Assembly (NCBI GenBank): GCA_023920165.1
Contig: CP089274.1
Coordinates: 3,968,001 to 4,032,000 of the forward strand
Reading direction: 5' to 3'
From: Curvularia clavata
Lineage: Eukaryota
Length of the DNA stretch: 64,000 nt
The first letter of the stretch is position 1. Each line of letters begins with the position of its first letter. This document shows positions 1-12,900 of this stretch, in pieces. The translations under genes and the position numbers were made by a program. The notes beneath the pieces were generated by a model that was not told the origin of the DNA, did not search any database, and saw only the letters and a program-made list of their open reading frames with translations.

Positions 1-507
1 TATCATCAAATCTCTTTGTATACTCGTCATTGAGGGCGCCACGGATGTCTTTAAGCAGCGTGGAGAGAACTTCACTCTTATGAGTGGCCCTGTCCAAGTC
101 AGGAGCGCACTTAAGAGATACTCAAGTCAACTCACTCTCTTAACCGGTCCCGGCGTGATAGATAATAGATGCAATCCTTGTCATACTTCGTGCAGTTGAT
201 GCAGCGTGGTCTAGTGCCAGAGCATTTCATTTCTGCACATGTTAGCTCACACAATATATGCACACGAAGCAACTAATAGGCGCGGTCGCAAGGACGGAAT
301 TCATTATTATGCCTACTTCGTTTCCGGCAGCTATTGCACTACAGATATGATTAGCATCATGATGTTGATTCGTGCAAGTACAATACTTACTGCCTTATCC
401 ACTATCTCGGAACGAATACGGAGAGGCCTCAGAAGAACCGTCTGCTGACCAGGCTGCTTGAGCCGAGGAATGGCTACTTTGGCGCCAAGGCCGCTGCTGC
501 TCTCCAT
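1..507 (-). CDS. Zn(II)2Cys6 transcription factor, 5' part (runs off the window start; start codon uncertain)
   Basis: Splicing three GT-AG introns gives ...AKVAIPRL...DKA|CNSCRKRK|MKCSGTRPRCINCTKYDKDCIYYLSRRDRLRE|ATHKSEVLSTLLKDIRG, a complete CX2CX6CX6CX2CX6C cluster followed by a helical segment. Confidence 0.75.
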
Positions 508-939
508 TATTGATAAGCTCCTTTTAGAGGTGGCTCGAGTCAGCTGGGCAGAGCTCGTATAATCGTGCAATAGGAGAAGATACCGGGGTGCCGGTGGAAG
601 CTAGTACGTGAGACGGGGCTATGACGATGGTATTATGCAGTTCATGATTGTAGACAGCAGACTGGAGGATGCAGCGCTCACAGCTTCTTATGACGAGTTC
701 TTGCGAAAGGATGACGTAGATCTGGTGGAGAAAGTGGCAAAGCTTGATCCACACAGATAAACGTCCAACCAATAATCCCGCAAAGTCTGCCGCACTCGGT
801 TTGTATGTTGTCGCGAGCCAAACGCTGGGGGACTTCAAACCTACTTAGCACTGCTCCGAATCTAAAGTGCGTCTCTAAGTAACGAGACACCTAGTATAAC
901 GAGACACTTTCCTTCCGGACCTTCGGCGTCAGGTCAGCA

Positions 940-1790
940 TTGTTGCGTAGAGTCAAGCTTAACACGTATCGATTCTGTAGCTGCTGCACTCCCAGCATAT
1001 CGGCCTCCAATGCTGGAAAGCGTGTTATTAATCGTGTTGTCGCTCGCTCTGTTAAGGCCGTCTCCTAACTTTCTTCTAACGCCTCCTGTTTTTTCCGCGG
1101 TAGTATAGATCTACAAAAAGCTTAGTGAGCTAGAAGGGAAGCAAAAGTAGCGAAAACTAAGATCGCAGCCTTATATGTAATGTTAGTTTAGGGTAGTTGA
1201 CATAAGTATATCCTAGCGGTTCCTCCGCGTCGACGGCAATTTCGTCAAAACGCTAGTAGACGTGCGCTTTTTATATCACTTGGCATATTACAGTAGCGTG
1301 CTAAGATGTCTACGTGCCACACTGCGCACTATAGCTAGGAACTGCAGCTCAAGGTACTCAGCCCTAGGCAGCTCTTAGCTTAGACTTATACTACCTTCAC
1401 TATAAAGCAATGATCTTTTCATTAAATATCTACGGAATAGTGCGCAAAGTATGCGTAGTTAGACAGTATCTTTACGTCTGCACGACTTACATCGTTGCGC
1501 ATCCTTCGTCGTTAACATGAGTCTCGCGAGACGCTACGATGGCAACCTAGTTAGGACTACTCTACCCACTAGTATCTGCTTACGTGCGCATTAACCTAAT
1601 ATACGTTCATATAGCGAACACTGTCTACCGCAAGTTATGAGGCTGGGCGGCGCAGGATGCTCGATATACCTAGCATCCGCTCAGCCTAGTCGCATGCACT
1701 GCTTCGACAGGCAGCCTTTACAGCAGCCTAGTGTAACGTCTGTCCTTGCGTCGCGGGACACCTTATGGCTGGAAGAGGGAAATTAGCTAG
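940..1790 (-). pseudogene. Degenerate, RIP-like sequence, possibly an intron-containing gene relic
   Basis: TAG/TAA/CTA-rich, no long ORF, intron-like gtaagt...ctaac...tag on the minus strand. Identity not recognised. Confidence 0.3.
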
Positions 1791-1906
1791 GCGAGGTTGA
1801 GAGAGTTGTGGCACCTCCCTGAGCGTGGGGATAGTGAAGATATGAGTGTCAGACGGGGAGTGCTAACGGATGGACGGGTGGAGTTTGGAGAGACAGAGAG
1901 AGGGGA

Positions 1907-1926
1907 GGGGGGGGGGGGGGGGGGGG
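1907..1926. repeat. Poly-G tract (~20 nt)
   Basis: Run of G read directly. Confidence 0.9.
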
Positions 1927-2410
1927 CGAGAGAAGACAACAGGTAACTCTTCACATCCAAGCCTTGGTGAGATCACAGTTAGTCTCTAGATATGAATTAC
2001 CTCTGTTGGTCCGAGAATTCTCCTCTACTCTTTTAAGCTGATACCTGAAAATATCGTGAAGATGGATGGCGCTCCCAATCCAACCAGGGAACTCTCGTAG
2101 CGCCGTCTCCTATCCATATCCACACCACCTACCGAGCCCTTCTCTCATCGTATCCTCGTCATTTACCTGTCAAATCCTTCCCCTTTCCTACTCAGTTCCT
2201 CTTCTCCCACTACATAAGGCAACCCGTAAACCCAAACGCCGACGCCAGCCCACACAACTTAAATCATGTCGCTTAAAGGTTGCCGCCCATAATTTCATGA
2301 ATGCACTTAGAGAAACCCCTCTCAAAAGAAGCCACCCGAAACAAACGAAATGCAATAAAAATCGTTGAATAAGAAAAACAGCCTCCCCATCTAATCCTCA
2401 CTTACCATCC

Positions 2411-3367
2411 TCAAAAATGTCCATAAAACTCCTTGTTCGCCGCCAACCTACTTGCCGCCATCTGCAAATACTGTGCTATCCTCTGGTCAGGACAATGTGT
2501 ATGTTAAACTAGTAAATCCTTGAGGGCCCTTACTTCAGCCTGGAGAAGATCTCTGTCTGCTTTCAGCAAGCGATTTTTGCGCTCAAATAGGCGGGATCGC
2601 TCAACGAGTAGCTCTTGTTCGTGTTTTTGTTTGCTGCGGCATTTGCTGGCCGCGCGCCGGTTCTTTTCGAGGTAGATGGCGCGCGCGGAACCCGGTTCGA
2701 CGTATTCGGTGTTCCGTCTTCGGTGCGTCGTGCTTATGCCGCTGCTAAAGGCGGTGACGGCAGCAGGGGTAGTGATGCTGGAGGACTGCTGCGACGAGGC
2801 GTCTTCTCCCTGGTACAGGCTGTCGCGGTGGGGGTATATGTCTTGACTGATGGGTGAGGCCGAACTGCTTGTGTCAAAATGTGACTTTGAGGGTGATGTA
2901 CTTGACGGGCTGTCATGGTAGCCAGTAGTTTGATTGGCAGGTGTAGATACGGGGGCCGAAAGAACAATTGGATTGACGTTTGCCGTTGGTATAGGGTTCG
3001 GGGTTATTGGTGGCTGCGAAGCCAACACTTTTTGTGGACCTTGCTGTACGATGGACCAAGGAGTTGAGTTCCATTCGTAGCTGGGCGTTGGCGGAGAATT
3101 TTTCTATTGCAAAGCTCGAAAACTATAGTTTATAAATTCTAGCGTTTCAGTCGTGTTGAAGCGGTTGTTGAAGAAGTGCCCATTTCCTGCTGACATTGCA
3201 GAAATGGCCTGGGCGTATGGAACAGATTCCACGAATGAACGGTTGTGCAGAGGAAACAAGACGGTAGTCGTCATGTCGGCTCCTTGAGGCTGATCCGGAT
3301 CAAAGTCAGGCTAGGAAAATCCCAAGCAAAGACGAAACGCACTTGTGGTTTGTAACGTGTTGGTCAT
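2411..3367 (-). pseudogene. ATF/CREB-like (Atf21/AtfB-type) bZIP transcription factor with in-frame nonsense codons
   Basis: Basic region and zipper RAIYLEKNRRAASKCRSKQK...L..ERS..FE..NR.LK....LL..EV..LK. The frame continues past TAA(2504) into HTHCPDQRIAQYLQMAA and upstream to ATG 3367 across two TAG codons (~3104, ~3311). Confidence 0.75.
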
Positions 3368-3624
3368 GCAAAGATATCAGCGTGGGAAAGACTACCAATA
3401 AGCTGCTGAAAATGAGAATGCTTTCTGTAAGATGCGGTTGGCTTGGATGCTGTTAAGTCGGCGGAAGGGTTATATTACGGTTAAGACGACTGCCGTTATA
3501 GTCTGAAGCTTCGTCATGCTAGGGACAAAGACCCATCTGTTCACTAACGGTCGGGCCAAGAATAAGTAATAAGACTGCAAGGATAGCAGGTTCTATGACA
3601 TAGCGCTGTATCTTATTAGCTATT

Positions 3625-4106
3625 TTCGGCCTACCGGTTTTTCGCTGCACAGAGACGGACGTTGATTAAGGAGCAGGTGCGCGTAACTAATTATAATGAT
3701 TTTAGATAAGGATTCTATGCTATATCTACAACTAACTTACTCTACTAAACGCATATATGCTCGGTAACTCTCTATTCTGTACGAAGCAAGCGCCTCTTAC
3801 TAGGTTATATCCTAGGACGGAACTAGCTACCTGTATAGGCTGCATATACTATGTAGATAGACTTGCCACTATTATACTATATCTCCACACATCGACTATA
3901 ATATAGAAAGTTCTTTCTTAGGTTCACAGCGACGCGGTAAACTATGCCGTTGGCACCAGGATGTCTGGAACTGTTGGGTCGGTGTTGATATCCAGCCTAT
4001 TACATCAGGTACAATAAATGAAGGGAAAGGCGCATCCTCTTATGTGCAGCGGCATAAGCTGCAATAGACTGCGACCAGGACTAGAACTATGTGGAAAACG
4101 GCAGAA
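3625..4106 (+). repeat. ~480-bp direct repeat, copy 1
   Basis: Aligns by eye with 7036-7519 (shared gctgcacagagacggacgttgattaaggagcag...gactgcgaccaggactagaacta). Differences are mostly C/T and G/A transitions. Confidence 0.9.
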
Positions 4107-5278
4107 GTGGGAAATAGTTTGCAGGTACTGGTTTCGCAGAAAAAACGATGAAACATACATTTGAGGTGCTGTCCTCTAAGACGTAGGAACAGGCGTCGCA
4201 GGCGATTTTGTATTAGGTGAGTTAGCTCTGTTTGCAGAGTCCAACTATGCGACAGCAGCGTTACTATACCCTGTCAGACACCCTATAAGGTGCCTTTTAA
4301 CATTGATAGTTGCCGAGTGGGTAGGCTTGCGTGGTAAGGATGCGAGCTAGTGCGCTGAATGAAGCTAGAGCGATCAGGGAAAGCTTGCGCGAACCAAGAC
4401 AGGGGCTGGTATAGAACATCAGAGCGGAATCCATGCATGCATGATAAGGTGATCCTACAAAAGCGCACCAACACAAGAAAATGGTGTGTGCGTCTCGCAT
4501 GAGCCGAAGGCACGTACGCATTAGGTTGCAGGACTAGGAATGAACGAATGTCACACTCTCTAGTGCGTAAAGAAATTGTACGTAGGATTGACTGATTATT
4601 GTCTGTGTCATTTCATCTGCTTATATAGATGCTATCGGACAATATACGGTCAATTGGTAGATGGTATCATTACTAAGTTCATGCTTTCGACAGCTGCGCA
4701 GTTTGCAACAACGAACCTACTAACTCTTTCTTTAGTACATTATCTGTATCTGATAGGGCGATCAAGTCTAGTAGGCGAAAAACCCATATCTAGTGCAACA
4801 ACGTATTGGGGTACATCTAGCGAAGAGGAATTATGGCATGCAATAAATGCAGAGCTCTGAAGAGAAAAGTACCAATTATCGCTTGGTCCTTGTTGTCGAG
4901 AGCTTACCTAATAATCACTAGTGTAGTGGTGGTCGACCAAAATGTGACTATTGTCGCTCTAAAGATCAGGACTGCAGCTATACTGAGTCTGAGAACTCGC
5001 TAATCTATTATCAACGGCGCCTCAAGCAGATCACTCGCGAGCTAGACCAGATCAAGTCAATTTTGTACCCGCTCGCTACCGCACGCAACCGAGAAGCTGC
5101 CACTGCATGGGCTGTAGAGCTTGGAAAACATGGGTTTCAGTATTGCACAGCCGCAGATATAGAGCGCTCCCTTTCTGTGAGTCATATTACTGGCATCCCT
5201 AACTAAACACGAGTTGCTCACAGATTCAATGACAGTCATCGGCAAAAGACCTACAGTGTACAACGGCCTACCCTGCGA

Positions 5279-6262
5279 GTGAAGCCGAGCACATCCAACT
5301 CGACTCGACGAAGAAGCCAACTTCTTGTCTTATCCTCACCAATATGTAAACGCCCGCACTGTTCCATATCTGCGAAACTGCTAACTAGCCGTAGTTCTCA
5401 AGATCCCCAACTTCCCTCGACAGCTAGTGTTTCCAACGCGCCTGATAATGTTCAAGAGCAGGGGGGACCATTCAGCCCAGTATGCGACAGCAGCTACTGC
5501 CAACGAAGCCCCGGAGAGGAGCAGCTGGTCTCAAGAGAGGAGAATGCTGAATCACTATCCTACCAGACCGCCCAAGCTGTGGTCTCACAATGGGTCACCC
5601 AAGAATCGCCTTACGAGCTGAAATCACAAACTAGACTAAGATGTGAGAGTTTGGCGGAGCTACAGCTGAGCGAAACTGAAGAAAGCTTCGACGAGAGGCG
5701 GGCATCAGCCTCCGCGAGTGGCCAGCAGGTCACATGCTCCTCGCCGACGACCGTCTTCTACCGAGGTTTCCAGATTGTAGTGTTGGAGGGCTTTTCTCAA
5801 TACGCGGATATGCTAGTCCGTAACCAAAAGACCGCCATTAATCAGGGTTTAATATACAGGGTAGACGAACCAACCCAGACATACATTGCGGGCTGGCTGG
5901 GCCTGCCAGTTCAGATGGCTTGCATCCAGCTAGTGTTGCCCTCGGGCAGCACTCAGAATCTAGAGGAGATACCTGCTATCCCTATTTGCCTGGTCAAGAA
6001 GCACGATTTGGTAAGAGCAGGGCTAGTCCTAGTCCCTCTACGTACGTGTTGGTGGCTCTCGCGCAGTGGATCGAGATGGATAGACCTGACCTTGCTAGAC
6101 GAGAGCTATAGGCAGTTTCTAGAGGAGTACGTGATCTCTGTATTTTTAGAGGACCCTCTTGTTAACGATCAACAGCTTAGCTTGCGTCGCATCCGCTTGA
6201 ATGCAATGGACCAGTACGTGGCAAATGTAGCGGAACATGGCCGGTCGTGTGATGGGTGTTAG
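5279..6262 (+). CDS. Hypothetical protein (last exon of a probable multi-exon gene)
   Basis: 327-codon open frame with intron-like segments at ~5177-5223 and ~5345-5394 (gt...ctaac...ag). No recognisable domain. Confidence 0.4.
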   Translation: MKPSTSNSTRRRSQLLVLSSPICKRPHCSISAKLLTSRSSQDPQLPSTASVSNAPDNVQEQGGPFSPVCDSSYCQRSPGEEQLVSREENAESLSYQTAQAVVSQWVTQESPYELKSQTRLRCESLAELQLSETEESFDERRASASASGQQVTCSSPTTVFYRGFQIVVLEGFSQYADMLVRNQKTAINQGLIYRVDEPTQTYIAGWLGLPVQMACIQLVLPSGSTQNLEEIPAIPICLVKKHDLVRAGLVLVPLRTCWWLSRSGSRWIDLTLLDESYRQFLEEYVISVFLEDPLVNDQQLSLRRIRLNAMDQYVANVAEHGRSCDGC

Positions 6263-7035
6263 ACGAGCAAGAGGCACTTCTATAGCATAAACCGTCGTCG
6301 ACTAGGTTAGACTAGGGACAATGCGTTTAGGATCACGTGTTTCATCGCCGAGCGCCGCACCCTATTGCATTCAGCCTCTTCGTACCCCCGAATCACGAGA
6401 TTTGGCATAACTACAGTATTAGGACGTAATTCTTCGGGCAATCACATTCTATAAAAGATATATTTTCACATATTTAATTGGATACGCTACTTGTTATCGG
6501 CGGAGAGGCCTGTCAGATAAGTGTGTATTCACCTATCGAACACAAGAAGAAACATAAAGAAGAAGAACTACTATGCAAGGCGCCTTTTGTAAGTAGTTGT
6601 GTTTATGAAAATATTGTATTATGTATTAAATAATGTTGCAGAAAGTAGGTTTAACAACGACGTTATTCGTCAGTGGACAGCTACGTGACTTTACATGGCG
6701 TCTTGGGCTTACACCTTTCTCTTTTTGTCCTGCTTGCTCGCCTAATCATGCACCTAGCTCTTATGTACGTGATTTTTTTTAGTAAGGTCTGATCGTACAC
6801 TCGACTCTTATTCACGTAACCTTTGGTAAGATATGAGGCGAAGCCCATTATAGTTTCAGCGTTTATTACGAAAGATTCATATACGCCACTTATACTGCTG
6901 TAATTTTGCTATTCAAGCCTTGCGTTAGATAGAGGTAGATCTAGAGAATATATGAATGTGTGCCTAAATCTCAGAGTCTCTGCGGCTTGGTCATAATGTG
7001 TTCGAACAATGTTAGTGGTTAGTTGCGCAGGGTTG

Positions 7036-7519
7036 TTCGGCCCATTAGGTTTTTTGCTGCACAGAGACGGACGTTGATTAAGGAGCAGATGCCCGTAACT
7101 AATCATAATAATTTTAGATAAGGATTGCATGCTATATCCACAATTAACCTACTCTATTAAACGCATACATGCTCAGTAACTCTCTATTCTGTACGAAGCA
7201 AGCGCCTCTTGCCAGATTATATCCTAGGACGGAACTAGCTGCCTGTATAGGCTGCATATACTATGCAGGCAGATTTGCCACTAATATGCTATATCTCTAT
7301 ATATCGGCTGTTGTATAAAACGTTCTTTCTTAGGTTCACAGCGACGCGGTAAACTATGCCGTTGGCACTAGGATGTCTAGAACTGTTGGGTCGGTGTTGA
7401 TATCCAGCCTATTACATCAGGTACAATAAATGAAGGGAAAGGCGGCATCCTCTCATGTGCAGCGGCATAAGCTGCAATAGACTGCGACCAGGACTAGAAC
7501 TATGCGGAAAACGACAGAA
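7036..7519 (+). repeat. ~480-bp direct repeat, copy 2
   Basis: See copy 1. Confidence 0.9.
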
Positions 7520-8317
7520 CCAATCTGCCGACCCGCTTGAATGCTAGCAACTCTAGATACCGCGGGCTTGGAATATGACGTCAGTGCGGGGTTGAGAAAT
7601 GCTAAGACGTCAAAGAGCGAAGAGTGGGACCGTGATGGAGCCATGACCACATCTGCCGCCAGCATGACCGCTCTTGTTCAGAAGCCTACGATAAGAACCT
7701 GCTTATCCGTTTTATGACGCTATTCTAAATATAAGAAATAAACAAAGAGGCATGATCGTAGCCGCTACTATTCGGTGTTCCTTTATTGAGTAACGAAGGG
7801 TCCGTTTGTCAATTTGGATGTTGTGTTGAGATATTTTGCATGTGTATAGAGATGGGGATTACTAATAAAAGGCGAGGTACTCTGGAGTTAACACCAACAT
7901 TACATTTTCTCTTTACCTGAATCCCGTCAGTTTCCTGGTGGTTTGTCTACTTGGTGAGCCAATCGTTAATATTAATTTCGGCAAAGATCTCGATTGCCTA
8001 TCACATGGAAAATGATGAAAATGGCGTATCACATAGAAAGAGATAGGGCCCACATATTGCTGTCTAAGAAATTGTTGGGAGAGGAAGGTTTCCGTAATCA
8101 CCAGTTGCAGATATCCCTCGTACAGTGGGCGCGGAACCAAATGCTTATTGGATCAAGGAAACGGTCATGTCAGACATATATCCGCTCGTACAGCATCAGG
8201 ACCATGGACCACTGAGCGAAAGTACATACAAATTACAACGATCACTTTTGGGAATACCGTCCTATACTAACGCCGTGCTTGGTGGAATATCAAAGCATAG
8301 TCGTGGTCATCTCCAAC

Positions 8318-10009
8318 ATGATAGGAACATCGATCTGGGACTACATTTTCATCCGGGCTTGCATATTTATCTTACACTGGATTGCCCCTCTTAGTGTCCT
8401 CTGGTGTCTAATCTCTCTCTTCTATCCTCGACTCCACATCTTCTGGATACTACAGGTCTGGGCTAGCCTCGAGACAGCGTTTTACTTCCTCGTATACCAC
8501 CCACGCAAAATCTATCTACAAAGAGCAGCAACCCATCCAACACCCATATCTCGCGAACAGCGTTGCGTGCTTTTCCAGCGCTGTCATCAGAATATTCCTG
8601 ACCCGGAGCGTTATCTATTGAAATGGTTTAGGGACGCTCCAGCATCTGAGATCAAGCGGGAGAATGTTAAGGATTTCTTTCGGTGGGCATTTCTAAACAC
8701 CGGAGAGCCTAACACAATGGAAGATGAAGAGCTAGAGGGGTATATTAAGATGATGGAAGAGCTGCTAGAGAGGAGATTAGAACCTGGGAGGGGAAAAGCA
8801 GACTGCTTTAGACTGACCCTTGACAAGGTTGATATGTTACATCGGAGCTTAACATGGTACCTGGTGAGTTCCGGCAGGGTGACGTGCGACAATTCATCGT
8901 TCCATGACCCAAGTTATGTCGCTAACCTTGTTTCGTCTTATAGTGTGTATCCATCGTCGACACGGTAGCGTCTGGCTATATGCGCTACCACTGCTTCAAC
9001 TTCTATCGGACTTCTCTCCTTCGATTTCCCACAGTCTTCCCCATGCGCCCCTTTACTCTTCTCACACCCCATCGCTCTTTGGCGAAAACCCTCACTTACT
9101 GGCACCGTCCACACACTTCCAAAACTAGACTTCCTGTTTTCTTTATCCACGGTATCGGCATTGGACTCTACCCCTACATAGATTTCTTGGCCGAAGTAAA
9201 TTCAGCGGATGAAACAGAGGGATCAGACGGAGAAATAGGTATCATCGCCGTGGAGATTATGTCCGTGAGCTTTAGGATTACGGGCGAGGCGCTAGGGAAA
9301 GAGGAAATGTGTCAGGAAATTGACTGCATATTGAAGGCACATGACTGGGAAAAGTTTGTGTTAGTATCGCATTCGTGAGTATTTTCTTCCCCTTTGTCTA
9401 TCGGCCTCATCCCTATTGTAGTACCAGAATTGATTATGTGCAAAGTTATGGGAGCGTAATTACTACGCATCTCCTTCATATGCCCCAGATCGCACAAAAA
9501 ATCGGGTCAATGCTATTTATTGACCCGGTGTCCTTTCTATTACATCTTCCAGATGTAGCATACAACTTTGTAGGATGTCCTGAAATTTCTTCTGATAACT
9601 CTGAACTCATTACCCCCCAAATTAGATTTGCCGCAAACCAATCCACGCCAATGAACACCAGCTTTATTACTTCGCCTCTAAAGACATGGGGGTCTCGCAC
9701 ACGCTCTTCCGCCGGTTCTTTTGGAGTCAGAACATTTTGTGGAAGGAGGATATCCAGAATTACCATGTAACTGTGGTGCTGGGTGGGAAAGACTTAATCG
9801 TCGACACGGAGGTTGTTAAAGCGTACCTAACGGAGAATAAGAGTGTGAGGCCCCAAAAGGGGAACTCGGAGGAAGGATTATGGAAGGGAGACGGGTTAGA
9901 TGTGCTGTGGTTTCCAGAATTAGATCATGCGCAGGTGTTTGATAAAAAATGTACGAGGCTGAAGTTGGTGAATATCGTTAGGAGCTATTGTGGTCGGAGT
10001 AGTACATAG
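8318..10009 (+). CDS. Membrane-anchored alpha/beta-hydrolase fold protein (4 exons)
   Basis: Exons ~8318-8863, 8944-9374, 9446-9569, 9625-10009. N-terminal hydrophobic helices, PVFFIHGIGIG oxyanion motif, spliced SHSYG nucleophile elbow, GGKD and LDHA near the C-terminus. Confidence 0.85.
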
Positions 10010-10412
10010 TGCTTAGGCTGATAGCTGCACATTAATCGAAGGTGGGCAGGTACGAATATCTCCCTGCGCTGGAGGAAGATAATGAAGGTCTACTTTGAGT
10101 CATCCATCATTATTACCACTGCTATTGCTGTTACCTCTTTTACAGTACCTGTATTTCCACCTATTCTAGAGCTTAGCTTCGTACGTTTACTTCCTGATTT
10201 TAGGAGGGTTTCTTTTTCTTTAGGGATTCTAGCTATCAATAGCGCCTTTTTGAGGCTAGAATAAGCATCTATTGACGTCAGTTTCAGGTTCGTTGACACT
10301 GAACCTAAGGCGACGCGCGGCCCGCTCCTCATTCTCTGCTCTCCACACCAACACCACCCACAGCGTCAACCCAACTTCTGTAGCCACCTTTACCTCAACG
10401 AAAACCCTCAAC

Positions 10413-12021
10413 ATGCGTGAAATCGTACGCATGCTCCCAACGTCAGATCTTCGCTGGATGCGCATCCTTATCCCGTGTTTTGCAGCAGGATCGATACGTT
10501 CAGAACAATAGCTAACGACGGCTTTTCAAACCATAGATTCACCTCCAGACAGGCCAATGCGTACGCTTGACCCCAACTCCCTCATTGAGACGGTAGCTTA
10601 CAGTTACTAGGGTAACCAAATTGGTGCTGCCTTCTGGCAAACCATCTCTGGCGAGCACGGCCTCGATAGCTCCGGTGTTTACAATGGCACCTCGGACCTC
10701 CAGCTTGAGCGCATGAACGTCTACTTCAACGAGGTACTGTATTTGGCCTTCACTGCATAAGATGAATGCTAATCAATGGCAGGCCTCCGGCAGTAAGTTC
10801 GTTCCCCGTGCCGTCCTCATCGACTTGGAGCCTGGTACCATAGACGCTGTCCGTGCCGGACAGCTCGGACAGCTCTTTCGCCCCGACAACTTCGTTTTCG
10901 GTCAATCTGGTGCTGGCAATAACTGGGCAAAGGGTCACTACACTGAGGGTGCCGAGTTGGTCGACCAGGTCCTTGATATCGTCCGCCGCGAGGCTGAGGG
11001 CTGCGACTGCATCCAGGGTTTCCAGATCACCCATTCCCTTGGTGGCGGTACTGGTGCTGGTATGGGTACGCTTCTGATCTCCAAGATCCGCGAGGAGTTC
11101 CCGGACCGTATGATGGCTACCTTCTCGGTTGTGCCTTCCCCTAAGGTCTCAGATACCGTTGTAGAGCCCTACAACGCCACACTCTCCATCCACCAGCTTG
11201 TTGAGAACTCCGACGAGACCTTCTGCATTGACAACGAGGTGTGTGGCAAGTCGACCTAGTGCTTTTGGAAGGAAGAAGCTCACTAGTTACAGGCCTTGTA
11301 CGACATCTGCACGAGGACTCTCAAGCTGAACAGTCCATCCTATGGTGACCTGAACCACCTTGTCTCCGCTGTTATGTCTGGTATCACCACCTGCTTGCGT
11401 TTCCCTGGCCAGCTCAACTCTGATCTGAGGAAACTGGCTGTTAACATGGTTCCCTTCCCTCGTCTCCACTTCTTCATGGTCGGTTTCGCCCCTTTGACCA
11501 GCCGTAGCGCCAATTCCTTCCGTGCCGTCACAGTCCCCGAGCTCACGCAGCAGATGTTCGACCCCAAGAACATGATGACTGCCTCAGACTTCCGTAACGG
11601 CCGTTACCTGACCTGCTCTGCTTACTTCCGCGGTAAAATCTCCATGAAGGAGATTGAGGACCAGATGCGCAATATCCAAAATAAGAACTCCATGTACTTC
11701 GTTGAGTGGATCCCCAACAACGTCCAGACCGCTCTCTGCTCGGTCCCGCCGCAAGGCCTTAAGATGTCCGCTACCTTTGTCGGGAACTCCACCTCCATCC
11801 AAGAACTCTTCAAGCGTGTCGGTGATCAGTTCACTGCCATGTTCAGGCGCAAGGCTTTCTTGCATTGGTATACTGGCGAGGGTATGGATGAAATGGAATT
11901 CACTGAGGCTGAATCCAACATGAACGACTTAGTCTCCGAGTATCAGCAGTACCAGGAGGCTTCTATCTCTGATGCCGAGGACGAGTACAATGAGGAGGCC
12001 CCTCTTGAGGCTGAGGAGTAG
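10413..12021 (+). CDS. tub2: Beta-tubulin (divergent copy), 5 exons
   Basis: Exons 10413-10424, 10537-10560, 10611-10733, 10783-11238, 11293-12021. MREI start, GGGTGAG signature, acidic tail. No stops. Confidence 0.97.
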
Positions 12022-12429
12022 ATCGTCCTCGTAGCAGGAAGATGACCGTGGCTATCGCATGCGGCGATGCTCGCGCCACGACGCCGCTCTTGGAGTAGTT
12101 GGTTCAACGCTATCGTTACCGAATACTTTTTACCTTGATCCCTTAATTCCAAAACATGTCCTCATAACAGGGGCGAAGTAAGTTACTCAAGCTTCAGGGA
12201 AGAGAATTCGATAGGGACAATGGTACTCCACTCAACCAGGTTTAACAAATTTTGTCACCACATAGGGCGCTGAGTTACAGAATTCAATAATACATTAATA
12301 TAGTCTCTGATTAGGGAAACGTATAAACCTAGTTTCCTATTATCCCAGCATAAGTGACACGTCATCAAGTGCCGTGTTTCTGCAAATTCTTTCCTAGATC
12401 TAGCTAGATTCCAAACCGTACTCTTGATC

Positions 12430-12900
12430 CTATTGTGTATTTTTGCATTTGTCGGTAGCCATCTGTTGGTGGAGGTGGCTAGCTTCTTTAGCTTTGTGTC
12501 CCTCATTTACATCTTTCTCTTGCTCACCAGAATCGTCCTTAATATTGCTGGTAGCGGGAACAGGAGATGAAGGATGGTGTATGTCCTTGCGAAGAGGGTG
12601 CTCTGTGCCGGTTTGTATCCGACCAATGTCAGATCCTTTTTGCGCATGCGAAAGAAAAAAATCGCCCGAATCGAAGTATTTGCGTCTCTGCAATGGATTC
12701 GAGTCAGCTAATACACAACGTACTAGCAAATATAGCGCGAAAATACCTTAAGTTAGTAATTAAGCAGATCCTCCCTTACTAGAAGCTTTCTATATTAGCG
12801 AAGCAAATAAATATTCTACTTAGTAAGAGGCTTCTATAGCGTAAGCATCTATATATAAAGTAGTAAGAGTAGATATACTTTAGAGCTATCCTAAGAATTA
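12430..12900 (-). pseudogene. Endosulfine/ARPP-19 (Igo1/2-like) family gene with RIP-destroyed 5' exons
   Basis: Last exon RRKYFDSGDF carries the Greatwall/Rim15 site motif. The upstream exon reads LLR*YRKLLVREDLLNY*LK, consistent with a mutated YGKLP...DLL..QLK. Confidence 0.8.

Noticed and set aside
10413..12021. Benzimidazole-resistance allele of beta-tubulin
   Set aside because: Positions 6, 50, 167, 198, 200 and 240 are all wild type.
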